Assembly (NCBI GenBank): GCA_964579245.1
Contig: CAZOFY010000002.1
Span: 5,081-69,080 of the forward strand
Direction: 5' to 3'
Length of the DNA: 64,000 bases
Source: an uncultured Mageeibacillus sp.
Lineage (GTDB): Bacteria > Bacillota > Clostridia > Saccharofermentanales > Saccharofermentanaceae
The notes under the pieces are model-generated. The model saw only the letters and a list, made by a program, of their open reading frames with translations, searched no databases and was not told where the DNA came from. A program made the position numbers and the translations under genes. Shown here piece after piece: positions 27,222 to 36,257 of this stretch; within the stretch, counting starts at the first letter, position 1, and every line of letters starts with the position of its first letter.

Positions 27222-29129
27222 ATGAAATATGGTTTCTTCCGGATCGGCGCCTGTTCGCCTGCCCTGCGTGTCGCTGATCCCGTCTTCAATGCCAAAGAGA
27301 TCTTAACGATGGTAGAGAGTGCGGCTCAGCAACAGGTTGGACTCCTCGTTTTCCCGGAGCTTTCTCTGACAGGATACACATGCGGTGACCTTTTTTATTC
27401 GAAGACTCTGCAGGAAGAGGCTTTGGACGCTCTTTTCAGGATAGCTGAACAGAGCAAGCACCTGAATATCATGTATATCGTCGGCCTGCCCCTGGCGCAC
27501 ATGAACAAACTGTATAATTGCGCGGCTGTGATTCATGGCGGTACGATATATGGTTTTGTTCCGAAGGTTAATCTTCCGAACAGCAGCGAATTTTACGAGC
27601 GAAGGCATTTCTCGCCAGGTCCGAAGAACGGACGCGTCGCGATTCGAGGACGTGAGTATCCTTTTGGAACGAATCAGATATTCTCCTCTCCCTCCTGTCC
27701 CGAGTTCCGGCTTGCTGTCGAGATATGCGAGGATCTCTGGGTTCCGGAACCGCCCTCTGTCAAACATACAATCATGGGTGCAACCGTTATCGCCAATCTT
27801 TCGGCGAGTGATGAGACGATAATGAAGGAATCCTATCGCCGAATGCTTGTTGCCTCTCAGTCTGCCCGTCTGATTGCTTCGTATATCTATGCGGACGCCG
27901 GATTCGGGGAATCGACAACGGACATGGTTTTTGCGGGGCATAATCTTCTGGCGGAGAACGGGCGGATACTTGCTGAATCAAAGCTGTTTTCATCCGGATT
28001 GATCTATACCGATACAGATCTTGAGCTCGTTCGGCAGGAGAGAATTCATCAAGCGACCTATCCGGATCAGCCTGAGTTGTCCGAACGGGATGCTTATATA
28101 TTTCATTCGATTCCGTTCGAAGTTGAAATGGATACTCTGTGCCGTGATATTCCGAAGTATCCGTTTGTTCCCGCTGATCCAAAGGAGCGCGATCGTCGAT
28201 GCGAAGAGATATTGATGATCCAGGCCTCCGGACTCGCGAAACGACTGATGCACACGGGAATCAAGAAGGTTCTGGTCGGTATGTCCGGCGGATTGGATTC
28301 CACACTCGCCGCAATTGTTTGCTCGCGGGCATTTCAGCTGTTGAATCTGCCCGCAGACGGGATCATAGCCGTTACCATGCCCGGCTTTGGCACGACCACC
28401 CGAACATATGATAATGCACGGAAGCTGGCCGGGTCTGTCGGAGCAACATTGCTGGAGATCCCGATTTCGGACGCCGTGAATCTGCATTTTCGAGATATCG
28501 GTCAGGATCCGGAAGTCCTTGATGTGACGTACGAGAACAGCCAGGCAAGAGAGCGGACGCAGATTCTGATGGATCTCGCCAACAAGCATAACGGGCTTGT
28601 TATCGGCACGGGTGATCTCTCCGAGCTTGCGCTCGGATGGGCGACCTATAATGGGGATCATATGTCGATGTACGGTGTAAACTGTTCAATTCCGAAGACT
28701 CTTGTTCGTCATCTGGTGGCCTATCAGGCTTCCATAGCTGACGGATCTGTTGCAGAGGTTTTAACCGACGTTCTGGGTACACCCGTCAGTCCCGAGCTCC
28801 TCCCTCACAATAATAACGAGATCACGCAAGTCACAGAAGATCTCGTCGGGCCCTACGTTCTTCATGATTTTTTTCTGTATTTTATGATGCGTTACGGTTT
28901 TACGCCGGATAAGATTCTCTACCTGGCAGGTATCGTTTTTTCACCGGATTACGACCAGGAGACCATTCGTAAATGGCTTAAGATCTTCCTCAAGAGATTC
29001 TTCTCACAGCAGTTCAAGCGGTCCTGTCTCCCGGATGGTCCGAAGGTGGGATCGGTAACGCTTTCTCCGAGAGGGGACTGGCGTATGCCGAGCGATGCCT
29101 CCGTAGCTGCCTGGATCCGGGATATCTAA
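27222..29129 (+). CDS. nadE: Glutamine-dependent NAD+ synthetase (CN-hydrolase domain plus NAD synthase domain)
   Basis: 635 aa. N-terminal nitrilase-type domain (FPELSLTGY, EICEDLW). C-terminal PP-loop SGGLDS and GTGDLSELALGWATYNGD. Confidence 0.92.
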   Translation: MKYGFFRIGACSPALRVADPVFNAKEILTMVESAAQQQVGLLVFPELSLTGYTCGDLFYSKTLQEEALDALFRIAEQSKHLNIMYIVGLPLAHMNKLYNCAAVIHGGTIYGFVPKVNLPNSSEFYERRHFSPGPKNGRVAIRGREYPFGTNQIFSSPSCPEFRLAVEICEDLWVPEPPSVKHTIMGATVIANLSASDETIMKESYRRMLVASQSARLIASYIYADAGFGESTTDMVFAGHNLLAENGRILAESKLFSSGLIYTDTDLELVRQERIHQATYPDQPELSERDAYIFHSIPFEVEMDTLCRDIPKYPFVPADPKERDRRCEEILMIQASGLAKRLMHTGIKKVLVGMSGGLDSTLAAIVCSRAFQLLNLPADGIIAVTMPGFGTTTRTYDNARKLAGSVGATLLEIPISDAVNLHFRDIGQDPEVLDVTYENSQARERTQILMDLANKHNGLVIGTGDLSELALGWATYNGDHMSMYGVNCSIPKTLVRHLVAYQASIADGSVAEVLTDVLGTPVSPELLPHNNNEITQVTEDLVGPYVLHDFFLYFMMRYGFTPDKILYLAGIVFSPDYDQETIRKWLKIFLKRFFSQQFKRSCLPDGPKVGSVTLSPRGDWRMPSDASVAAWIRDI

Positions 29130-29168
29130 TCGTATACTTACCGGGATTGTGGTTTTGGATCATCTCGT

Positions 29169-31106
29169 CTATTCGTCATCCGGATCTCCGAAGAGCAAGC
29201 CTTTCACCGGGTCTTGCTTTTTGTTTTCTGCCGGATTTGTAATGGTGCCGGGTCTTTTTAAAGGCTCAACCGGTTTATCGGTTGGTTGAACCGCCTGATT
29301 CTTTTCGAAAACAGGAGGAAATTCGAAAGTAGGGATGTCCTTCCGACTTGGTTTTACGTGATTTCTCTTTGGTTCGAGGATGACCGGATGCTGTATCTCC
29401 TCTTCCCCGATTTCCCTGGTATCTTCAAGATCCGGGTCTTCGTATTGGGTATACCGGATCCTTCTGTCGGACTGGTTTCGCTCTCTTCTCGCATCCTTTG
29501 AAAAAAGGATTGCATCCGGATGTTGACTGGTGTTCGGTCTTTTTTGAGAGACTTCATCCGACCCTGTTGAAGACTTCTTTCTCACGAAAAACAGAACAAG
29601 GAGCACGATCAAGACAAGAACAATCAGGCACAAGAGATAAAAAAGCAATACAACCGGATTTTTATAATCAAGAAGCGACGGAAATGTTGTCAAAAGAGAC
29701 GAGGATGCAGGTTCTTCCTTCCCAGGATTCTCAACAAGGACGCTTTCTGCCGGCGTTTTTGTGATATGCACAGGAAGTGTGGGCACCGGCGTCAAGGTTG
29801 GGGCAGTGGTGGGCGTTGGAACCGGAGTCGGAGTCATCAGGATGACTTCTCCTCTGTATGGAATAATCAGCTGCACCTCCTGATCATAGATATAGAAGGA
29901 GTTGACGCCCTTATCATTCATCAGATATATCAGGCACTGCAGATGTTCCGGAGCACTGATCAGCCGATACGCTGTGATTTCCCGGTCATGAAACGAAAGC
30001 TTGAACGGCTCATATCCCGTCGGAATCATTGTTTCAGGCGCTTTGCCTGCGTACATATAGGAGTCAGGCGACATTTGTAGTGGAATATACGGATAAAACA
30101 TTTGGTTCTGTCTCTCATATACGAAATAGGACGAACGACTGTCATTCGTCAAGAATACAAGAACAAGCTCCGAACTGTCCTGAGCTTCGCCGTATGTGCG
30201 CACAAGAGCAGGAATGATTACGTCAGCATACGGGACGGTCGTGGCGGCAAAGCCTTCCGGGGCTTCATCATTGGGGCCGGCAGTCAGAATGGTATACGCG
30301 ACGTCATCTATATAGACCAGAGGAAGCGGTTTGGGAGTTGGTGTCGGAGTCGGTGTCGGACCCTCTGATCGTGTCACAAGGATCGTATAGAGCCTTACTG
30401 AGCCGTCCTGAGCCGTCACTGTTACCGTAACGTTGTTTTTGCCTGCGGCGAGCTTCTCCTGCGCTCCGTTCAACGCTATCCTGGCATTTTCATCCTGTGC
30501 GGTCGCACTGACTGTGATTGTGGATATCTCCGAGCCGACTTGCACCGAATATTCGAATGTTTCCGGGGAAAACGCCGGGGAAAGAGTTCCCGGTGATACA
30601 TATAAAGCGGACAAAAGAGCATTGGATGACTTCGGTACCGGCTTCGAAATCGCAATGGACGTCGAGGCAGCGGGCACTGAGATGTCCTGTCCATTCATGT
30701 CACCAAGGCTGTTAAGCTGAACAGTAACGTCGGTCGTTCCCTCTGCAACACAGGAAAAGGTTGCCGTTACAATGACGGAACCGCCAGGTATCGTGGTGTT
30801 ATAAACAAGAAATTTTGATCCGGATACCTGGAAATTCTTTGCGTCAAAATTACCGGCACTGATAGAAGACAGTGACAGAAGTTTATCATCATAGGAAAAG
30901 AGGCCGTCAAACCCTGAGTATGGTCCGCTTCCGGAAAGGACGGCACTCACCGTCACATTCGATCCAACTTCCTGATTCCCTGAGACAGAGAGCGAAAGCG
31001 CTTCCTCGGCAAAAACTCTCGAAAAGGGAAGCATCGTAATCAGAATGAACGCTGTGATCAGCAACGATAGGACCGATATGGCATTTTTGCGTAAAAACGT
31101 TTTCAT
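29169..31106 (-). CDS. Membrane-anchored surface protein: cohesin-like domain, cadherin-like beta-sandwich, Pro/Thr linkers, TM helix, charged cytoplasmic tail
   Basis: Signal sequence. Cohesin-like segment (LSLSVSGNQEVGSNVTVSAVLSGSGPYSGFDGLFSYDDKLLSLSSISAGNF...). Cadherin-like motif (LSALYVSPGTLSPAFSPETFEYSVQV). PT linkers (GPTPTPTPTPKP, TPTPVPTPTTAPT). TM helix VVLLFYLLCLIVLVLIVLLVLFFV followed by about 140 aa of cytoplasmic tail. Confidence 0.6.
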   Translation of the reverse strand: MKTFLRKNAISVLSLLITAFILITMLPFSRVFAEEALSLSVSGNQEVGSNVTVSAVLSGSGPYSGFDGLFSYDDKLLSLSSISAGNFDAKNFQVSGSKFLVYNTTIPGGSVIVTATFSCVAEGTTDVTVQLNSLGDMNGQDISVPAASTSIAISKPVPKSSNALLSALYVSPGTLSPAFSPETFEYSVQVGSEISTITVSATAQDENARIALNGAQEKLAAGKNNVTVTVTAQDGSVRLYTILVTRSEGPTPTPTPTPKPLPLVYIDDVAYTILTAGPNDEAPEGFAATTVPYADVIIPALVRTYGEAQDSSELVLVFLTNDSRSSYFVYERQNQMFYPYIPLQMSPDSYMYAGKAPETMIPTGYEPFKLSFHDREITAYRLISAPEHLQCLIYLMNDKGVNSFYIYDQEVQLIIPYRGEVILMTPTPVPTPTTAPTLTPVPTLPVHITKTPAESVLVENPGKEEPASSSLLTTFPSLLDYKNPVVLLFYLLCLIVLVLIVLLVLFFVRKKSSTGSDEVSQKRPNTSQHPDAILFSKDARRERNQSDRRIRYTQYEDPDLEDTREIGEEEIQHPVILEPKRNHVKPSRKDIPTFEFPPVFEKNQAVQPTDKPVEPLKRPGTITNPAENKKQDPVKGLLFGDPDDE

Positions 31107-31114
31107 CTTTCACC

Positions 31115-33223
31115 TCAGGATTGTTTGATTTGCGTTTCTCCAAGCACGTGTCTGGAAATCAGTGTCAAGTCGGAAGAGGATACTTTTCCATCATGATTGG
31201 CATCCGCTGCTACGGATGCGGCACCGATAAGTGTGGTCTCACCCAGAACATGTCTGCATACGATTGTTAAGTCGGAAGAAGAGATCTTTCCATCATGATT
31301 GGCATCGCCGTAAATAACTACAGTGAATTCATATGCGATGTTACCTTCCTTGTCGGAAATCAGAACTTTATCACCTGTTTTTACTGTTTGGTTCAAATCT
31401 GTGACAGACTCCCCATGAATATCCATAAAAGACAGCTTTGCCTCATTATGCATTGTGAAACGCTCCGTCAGAGCAGAAAAATTTGTTGACGGTTCGATGC
31501 CGGAGACATATCCGTCTTGTGTGATTGTCAGGTCTGTTGCAAAGAGGTCATCATTCTTTGCCTCACTCCGTATGATTGCAAGTGAATACTCTCTCTTCTC
31601 ACCATTTTGCGCCGTGACCGTTATCGTGAAAGAGTTCTTTCCAACTTCAAGTGCCGCGTTTCCCGGTCCCTTTACCTGCGAGGTTTTCGCGACAGTCTCC
31701 GCACAAATCTCTGCAGCGGTAACCTGGAAGGGTACGATCAGGGAATACTCCGAGGTTGTTTCCGGTGAAAAGGTCGGTGTCAGGGAAAATCCGGTCACGG
31801 ACAGAGATTTCAGGAAATTGTTCGGATTGCCTTTCTTCTCCGGCTGCGGAACAGGCAACTCAGGCATGTTCGGGTAAACCGGTATGCAAAAGGTCAATGT
31901 TACATCCATCAGCCCGGACTTCGAATATGCCCGGTACAGTGTGGAGGACTCCCCTATCATGGCTTCGATATTCGTCATATATTGATGCGAAAAGAATCCG
32001 TTGCCCCCGTCCGTCACATCAAACTTCTGAAAATACGGGGTAAACTGACCCATGCGGATATAATTGCCGGAAATGTAGACGGCACCTCCCATGATAGAGC
32101 GGTATGGAGTATTCCATGGAATCTGATAAAGCTCCTTCTTGTCATCCGGCATTTTATATTTTTCAGGATAACTCGATCCATACCGCGCAAAATTCAATCC
32201 GAGAATGACAGGATCCTCAGAAGACGCTGCACCGATATTATAAAAGTTGTAAAGCTTCTCATATCCCTTTTCCTGGCCGGATGTCGAGCGGCTTCCTGAT
32301 GGGGATACCTCTTGGAGCACGCGGGACACGAGCTGATACGGACTTGATCCGGATTTCTTTGCCGCCCGTATAAAGGCTCTTGCGTATGTAATCTCTGACT
32401 CCTTTGCATCCTGAATCAGAGTTTTCTCCATGAAGGTATTTGTCAGTATTTTTTGCACCGCCTCTTCCTTCTGCGTCTCTGAATCGTAGGAAAGATTCAG
32501 GAACATAAACACATTCATTTCGCTTAAGAAATTACGAGGGTCCAAATAATAAGCGACAACATCCTTCGACGCATTCACCCACGTTTTTCCGTCATATGGA
32601 GTGTATACATTTTTGATCCAGTCATACGCCTTGGGGTCAGTGGATTTCCAGGAATCATCCGCGCTCGAATGTATCAGGCTTCTGCCGATTTTATTCTCTT
32701 CCGAAACAACGGTTGTCCAATCGTTTTCAATTTGAATGGCTTTGAAGTTCCATGCCGGATGAAGTTCGTGTAAGGCGCGCAAGGAAGCCTTATAGCTTTC
32801 CGGAAAGGACTTGATCTGCTCTTCAAAAGCAGCGTCTTCTTGAGATGGGTCTTTGTTTACAAAAGCACTTACAATATATCCCTCTTGTTCCTCGCCAAGA
32901 AAGTTCGCTCTTATCTTGTACCATGAATTGTAGCCGTTCGGATCATCCGTTGTGGTAACGAGTTCAATGACGGCCACACGATCACCACGCGTGACTGTTC
33001 CGATTACTTTTGACAGTGTGCCCGGAGAGACACGCACATTAGCGTTTGATACGACAATCGTCGCGTTTTCCTCGATTGCGGCGCTAACCCGGGAAACCGG
33101 AATCTCCAAATAAATCAGACTGACAACAATGAGACACCCGGCAAGCAAAAACAAGCGCCGAGACGTCTCTTCAATAATGGAAGTTCTGAATAACAGAGGT
33201 TTCTTTAAATAACTAACAAGCAT
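31115..33223 (-). CDS. Secreted SH3b / putative GH73-like N-acetylglucosaminidase / cadherin-like / dockerin protein
   Basis: N-terminal anchor or signal, then SH3b (VRVSPGTLSKVIGTVTRGDRVAVIE). Putative muramidase/glucosaminidase core (FPESYKASLRALHELHPAWNF..., YLDPRNFL, VLQEVSPSG, YNFYNIGA). Cadherin-like motif (LSVTGFSLTPTFSPETTSEYSLIV). Canonical duplicated dockerin F-hand (GDANHDGKISSSDLTIVCRHVLGE and ADANHDGKVSSSDLTLISRHVLGE). ATG 33223 follows GAGGGGAG. Confidence 0.7.
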   Translation of the reverse strand: MLVSYLKKPLLFRTSIIEETSRRLFLLAGCLIVVSLIYLEIPVSRVSAAIEENATIVVSNANVRVSPGTLSKVIGTVTRGDRVAVIELVTTTDDPNGYNSWYKIRANFLGEEQEGYIVSAFVNKDPSQEDAAFEEQIKSFPESYKASLRALHELHPAWNFKAIQIENDWTTVVSEENKIGRSLIHSSADDSWKSTDPKAYDWIKNVYTPYDGKTWVNASKDVVAYYLDPRNFLSEMNVFMFLNLSYDSETQKEEAVQKILTNTFMEKTLIQDAKESEITYARAFIRAAKKSGSSPYQLVSRVLQEVSPSGSRSTSGQEKGYEKLYNFYNIGAASSEDPVILGLNFARYGSSYPEKYKMPDDKKELYQIPWNTPYRSIMGGAVYISGNYIRMGQFTPYFQKFDVTDGGNGFFSHQYMTNIEAMIGESSTLYRAYSKSGLMDVTLTFCIPVYPNMPELPVPQPEKKGNPNNFLKSLSVTGFSLTPTFSPETTSEYSLIVPFQVTAAEICAETVAKTSQVKGPGNAALEVGKNSFTITVTAQNGEKREYSLAIIRSEAKNDDLFATDLTITQDGYVSGIEPSTNFSALTERFTMHNEAKLSFMDIHGESVTDLNQTVKTGDKVLISDKEGNIAYEFTVVIYGDANHDGKISSSDLTIVCRHVLGETTLIGAASVAADANHDGKVSSSDLTLISRHVLGETQIKQS

Positions 33224-33335
33224 CCGGACTCCCCTCAATTTTTAATGAATCCGTTTCCTGCTTTTAGTTTATCAACCTCATCTGACACAAGCGTTACGTT
33301 TGCTTTTCAATCCGCGTCACATTCGAAGTTCTTCG

Positions 33336-35735
33336 TCACAAAGAGCCTCTGACAATACCATATTTCTCACATAGAGTGGTGAATTCCTGTGAATTTACGA
33401 ATCCGGCCAGAACTGTCTCTCTCGACTTTCCGTCCGCAAGCATCTTCAGCCAGTTATTCTGACCGGACTTATCCGGCTCCCGGTCAAAAAACGCACGGTA
33501 CATGACGATCACGAAATCCTCGTCGGACAGCTTTTTATTCAGAAATTCTTGACTAAAAACAAAGCCATAGGCTACGTTCGCTCCGTTTTGCTTCCCGGAT
33601 TTTAATTGCGTGACCCAGTTCGCAAGTCCCGCCTTATCCGCAGATCTCCCCAGGCAATATGTGTAGAAACGACTGACAAATTTCGTGATATCCGGATACA
33701 AATCAACAGGATCTGTAAGCGTTAACGATCCGGGAAGAATCGAGTATTGCGAACAAAGCTTTGAAAACTCGGAGGAGTTTGTAAACCCGTGCAGAACATA
33801 GTATCTGCTCATTCCGCTGTTCAATGCCTTGATCCAGGTATCTCTGCCTGCCTTATCCGGCTCCCTGTTGAAGAAAGCTTTATATAAAATCTTGACATAT
33901 TCTTCATTGCTGACACCCTTAGATTGAAACTCCTTGCTGAAGACAAAGCCGTAGGCAACCTGGGCCCCTGTCTGTTTGCCCTGAAGCAAAGCATTGGTCC
34001 AATTCTTCAAGCCTGTCGGATCCGGAGAACGGGATAAACAGAGCTCATAGAATCGAGTGACAAACTGAGAGGTCATATTATATGCCTTCCCATCCACCCA
34101 CTTCGCGTAAAGCGTCATATCCTCCGTCACCACTTCTGTGGCAAAATCCCACGGATCTGTGCAAGCATAATCTTGATACCACCCGACAAAAATGAATCCT
34201 GACTTCGTCGGGTCGGCAGGCTTCTTCAAATATCCCTGTCGATTCACGTTGACGCTATTCACCGGGCTTCCCCCCATGGAGTCAAAGGTTACCTCAGCCG
34301 GTAATATTTGTCCGTTGAGATCAACAACAAAATAACCTGTCTGTCCATTGAAATTAATGCGGTACCAGAGATTACCATAGGAAGTCATTTCCCCAACGAC
34401 AAGATCGTCTATGAAGAAATATGAATTCTGAACTGCCTTGCCAAGAACCGTGCTCGTCGTCGTGGGAGCTGTACGAATATTATAGGTAGAGCTTCCGCTG
34501 ATCATCAATTCCTCACCCACAGTTCCCGGAAGCGCGGTAGACTGCGTTTGAGACATAGTGACAGAAGGCTTCGCACATGGCTGATCAGGCATTCCCGAAT
34601 ACACAGGCACACGAAAAACAAACGGTTTTTCGAGCATTTCCGCTCGCTTGTATGCAGAATAGTAGCGAGAGCCCTCAGAGTAGGCCGCCTGAACATTCTG
34701 CATATATTGATGAACGTACAAAATAGAGGGATCACCCGAGACGGCAAATTTCTGAAAATACATGGTGTCCTGTCCCTTGGCGATATACTTGGCACATATA
34801 TACTTCGCTCCGCCGATCACCGCTTTCTCCTGGGTGTCCCACGGGAGAAGATACTCGGCGTCTGTTTTCATGGCGAAGGATATCGCATTGATTCTCGCAC
34901 CATCCACCACCCCCGGATTCGGTGTGGCGCCTATGTTGTATACATTATAATATCTTGTGGATGGCATCGGGATTGGAACCTGAGGCGTTGCCTGAAGTCC
35001 TTTGAGCCATTCCTGTTGCTGCGGATTCAGACTGGGGAGCGCCAAGAGAGCGGCCAGCTGTTCTGCCGGCGTCAAAAAACAAGGGCTGATCGCACCAGAG
35101 GTCAACGGCGGATAAGAAACACTAAGATCGCCCCTGGCAGAATTCACGATACCATACGAGGAGGCTTCAGAAATCTCCTGCTTCATTCTGGAGGCCAGGA
35201 AATATGCACTTGCACTCGCCTGCTCAGCAGCCTTCATTACGGAAGGAGCCATGGCAAGCAGGCCTTGATTCTCGCCGAAAATGACACGTACACTGTCTTC
35301 CTTCTGAGTAGCCTTATCATAAGACAATTTCTCAAATTGAAATACATCCTTCTCATTCAAGAAGTTTCGAGGATCCATATAGTATTCAATGATCAGCTTA
35401 GAAGCAGGAACCCACCCGCCTCCGTCATATATCTTGAAGCTTCGGATCCAGGCACGGTCGCTCGAATTTAGCACAAGATTCGTGTCTTCCTTTTCCGTTT
35501 CCTTCGAAATGACAGTAGACCAGGAATCCTGAATCGGGACAGCCTCAAATGTCCATGTCGGATGTTGTTCATGAATCTTTGTCAGCGCTTGCTGGTAGCT
35601 TGCGGGGAAAGAGGCTAATTGTTGCTCAAAAGTCGGCGCAGCGGACTGTGTCGAGCCGGCTGAAAACATTCCAAGCACGCATCCAATCATAAAAAGGAAA
35701 AGAAAGATTTTGATGTATCCTGTTGTCTTTTTCAT
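33336..35735 (-). CDS. Secreted paralogue of the putative GH73-like hydrolase, with SH3b, Listeria-Bacteroides (Flg_new) repeat and four DUF4214-type repeats
   Basis: The N-terminal half is homologous to the 31115-33223 product (FPASYQQALTKIHEQHPTWTF, YMDPRNFL, MKQEISEAS, YNVYNIGA). Flg_new-type repeat (VTFDSMGGSPV...GFIFVGWYQD...DMTLYAKW). Tandem duplicated DUF4214-like units (FVTRFYELCLSRSPDPTGLKNW..., FVSRFYTYCLGRSADKAGLANW...). Confidence 0.65.
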   Translation of the reverse strand: MKKTTGYIKIFLFLFMIGCVLGMFSAGSTQSAAPTFEQQLASFPASYQQALTKIHEQHPTWTFEAVPIQDSWSTVISKETEKEDTNLVLNSSDRAWIRSFKIYDGGGWVPASKLIIEYYMDPRNFLNEKDVFQFEKLSYDKATQKEDSVRVIFGENQGLLAMAPSVMKAAEQASASAYFLASRMKQEISEASSYGIVNSARGDLSVSYPPLTSGAISPCFLTPAEQLAALLALPSLNPQQQEWLKGLQATPQVPIPMPSTRYYNVYNIGATPNPGVVDGARINAISFAMKTDAEYLLPWDTQEKAVIGGAKYICAKYIAKGQDTMYFQKFAVSGDPSILYVHQYMQNVQAAYSEGSRYYSAYKRAEMLEKPFVFRVPVYSGMPDQPCAKPSVTMSQTQSTALPGTVGEELMISGSSTYNIRTAPTTTSTVLGKAVQNSYFFIDDLVVGEMTSYGNLWYRINFNGQTGYFVVDLNGQILPAEVTFDSMGGSPVNSVNVNRQGYLKKPADPTKSGFIFVGWYQDYACTDPWDFATEVVTEDMTLYAKWVDGKAYNMTSQFVTRFYELCLSRSPDPTGLKNWTNALLQGKQTGAQVAYGFVFSKEFQSKGVSNEEYVKILYKAFFNREPDKAGRDTWIKALNSGMSRYYVLHGFTNSSEFSKLCSQYSILPGSLTLTDPVDLYPDITKFVSRFYTYCLGRSADKAGLANWVTQLKSGKQNGANVAYGFVFSQEFLNKKLSDEDFVIVMYRAFFDREPDKSGQNNWLKMLADGKSRETVLAGFVNSQEFTTLCEKYGIVRGSL

Positions 35736-35825
35736 TCAAACTCCTACGATGATGAAAGTCGTCGGTATCCACATTCTATCACAGGACGCACAAAAATGAG
35801 TTCGGCAACATAAGATGTAATGTAA

Positions 35826-35869
35826 AAATAAAAAAACGAAAACCCAATAGTATCCGTTGGGCTTTCGTT
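35826..35869 (-). terminator. Intrinsic terminator after the tRNA His-Gln-Lys cluster
   Basis: Minus strand AACGAAAGCCCAA-9 nt loop-TTGGGTTTTCGTT followed by TTTTTATTTTT. It starts directly after the tRNA-Lys CCA. Confidence 0.8.
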
Positions 35870-35945
35870 TGGTGGCTCACCGGAGGATCGAACTCCGGAC
35901 CCCCTGATTAAAAGTCAGGTGCTCTACCAGCTGAGCTAGTGAACC
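35870..35945 (-). tRNA. tRNA-Lys (anticodon TTT), CCA encoded
   Basis: Minus strand GGTTCACTAGCTCAGCTGGTAGAGCACCTGACTTTTAATCAGGGGGTCCGGAGTTCGATCCTCCGGTGAGCCACCA. Anticodon loop CTTTTAA. Confidence 0.93.
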
Positions 35946-35949
35946 AAAA

Positions 35950-36024
35950 TGGCTGGGGTGGCAGGACTTGAACCTACGGATGCGGGAGTCAAAGTCCCGT
36001 GCCTTACCACTTGGCTACACCCCA
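35950..36024 (-). tRNA. tRNA-Gln (anticodon TTG), CCA encoded
   Basis: Minus strand TGGGGTGTAGCCAAGTGGTAAGGCACGGGACTTTGACTCCCGCATCCGTAGGTTCAAGTCCTGCCACCCCAGCCA. Anticodon loop CTTTGAC. Confidence 0.92.
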
Positions 36025-36078
36025 TAATTCAGGGATCCTCTACGTTATAGAGGGAAGCATCCTCCGGGGCAGGAATAG

Positions 36079-36156
36079 TGGGGTGGAATATGGGAATCGA
36101 ACCCACGACCTCTAGTGCCACAAACTAGCGCTCTAACCAACTGAGCTAATTCCACC
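36079..36156 (-). tRNA. tRNA-His (anticodon GTG) with encoded G-1, CCA encoded
   Basis: Minus strand GGTGGAATTAGCTCAGTTGGTTAGAGCGCTAGTTTGTGGCACTAGAGGTCGTGGGTTCGATTCCCATATTCCACCCCA. Anticodon loop TTGTGGC. The extra 5' G pairs with discriminator C. Confidence 0.92.
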
Positions 36157-36189
36157 ATTTGAACCTACGGATGCAAAGGCACGATGAAG

Positions 36190-36218
36190 ATTATATGTTT
36201 GACTGAGACAATTGTCAA
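36190..36218 (-). promoter_or_regulatory. Consensus sigma-A promoter of the tRNA His-Gln-Lys operon
   Basis: Minus strand TTGACA-17 nt-TATAAT (perfect consensus), about 34 nt upstream of the tRNA-His 5' end. Confidence 0.85.
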
Positions 36219-36257
36219 TATGTCGTTTGTATGTTCCCGGCAAAATCACAAACAGGA

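Noticed and set aside
27303-28661. Two minus-strand ORFs of 212 and 223 aa.
   Set aside because: Both are antisense to nadE, with Arg/Ser-rich composition and no motifs.
29768-30368. Short tandem-looking DNA repeats (GGTGTCGGAGTCGG-type) in two patches.
   Set aside because: They encode the Pro/Thr linkers (GPTPTPTPTPKP, TPTPVPTPTTAPT) of the surface protein. This is coding low complexity, not a CRISPR or VNTR locus.
34548-35471. 307-aa plus-strand ORF.
   Set aside because: Antisense to the 799-aa surface hydrolase gene. It has Arg-rich nonsense composition, no RBS and no domain signal.
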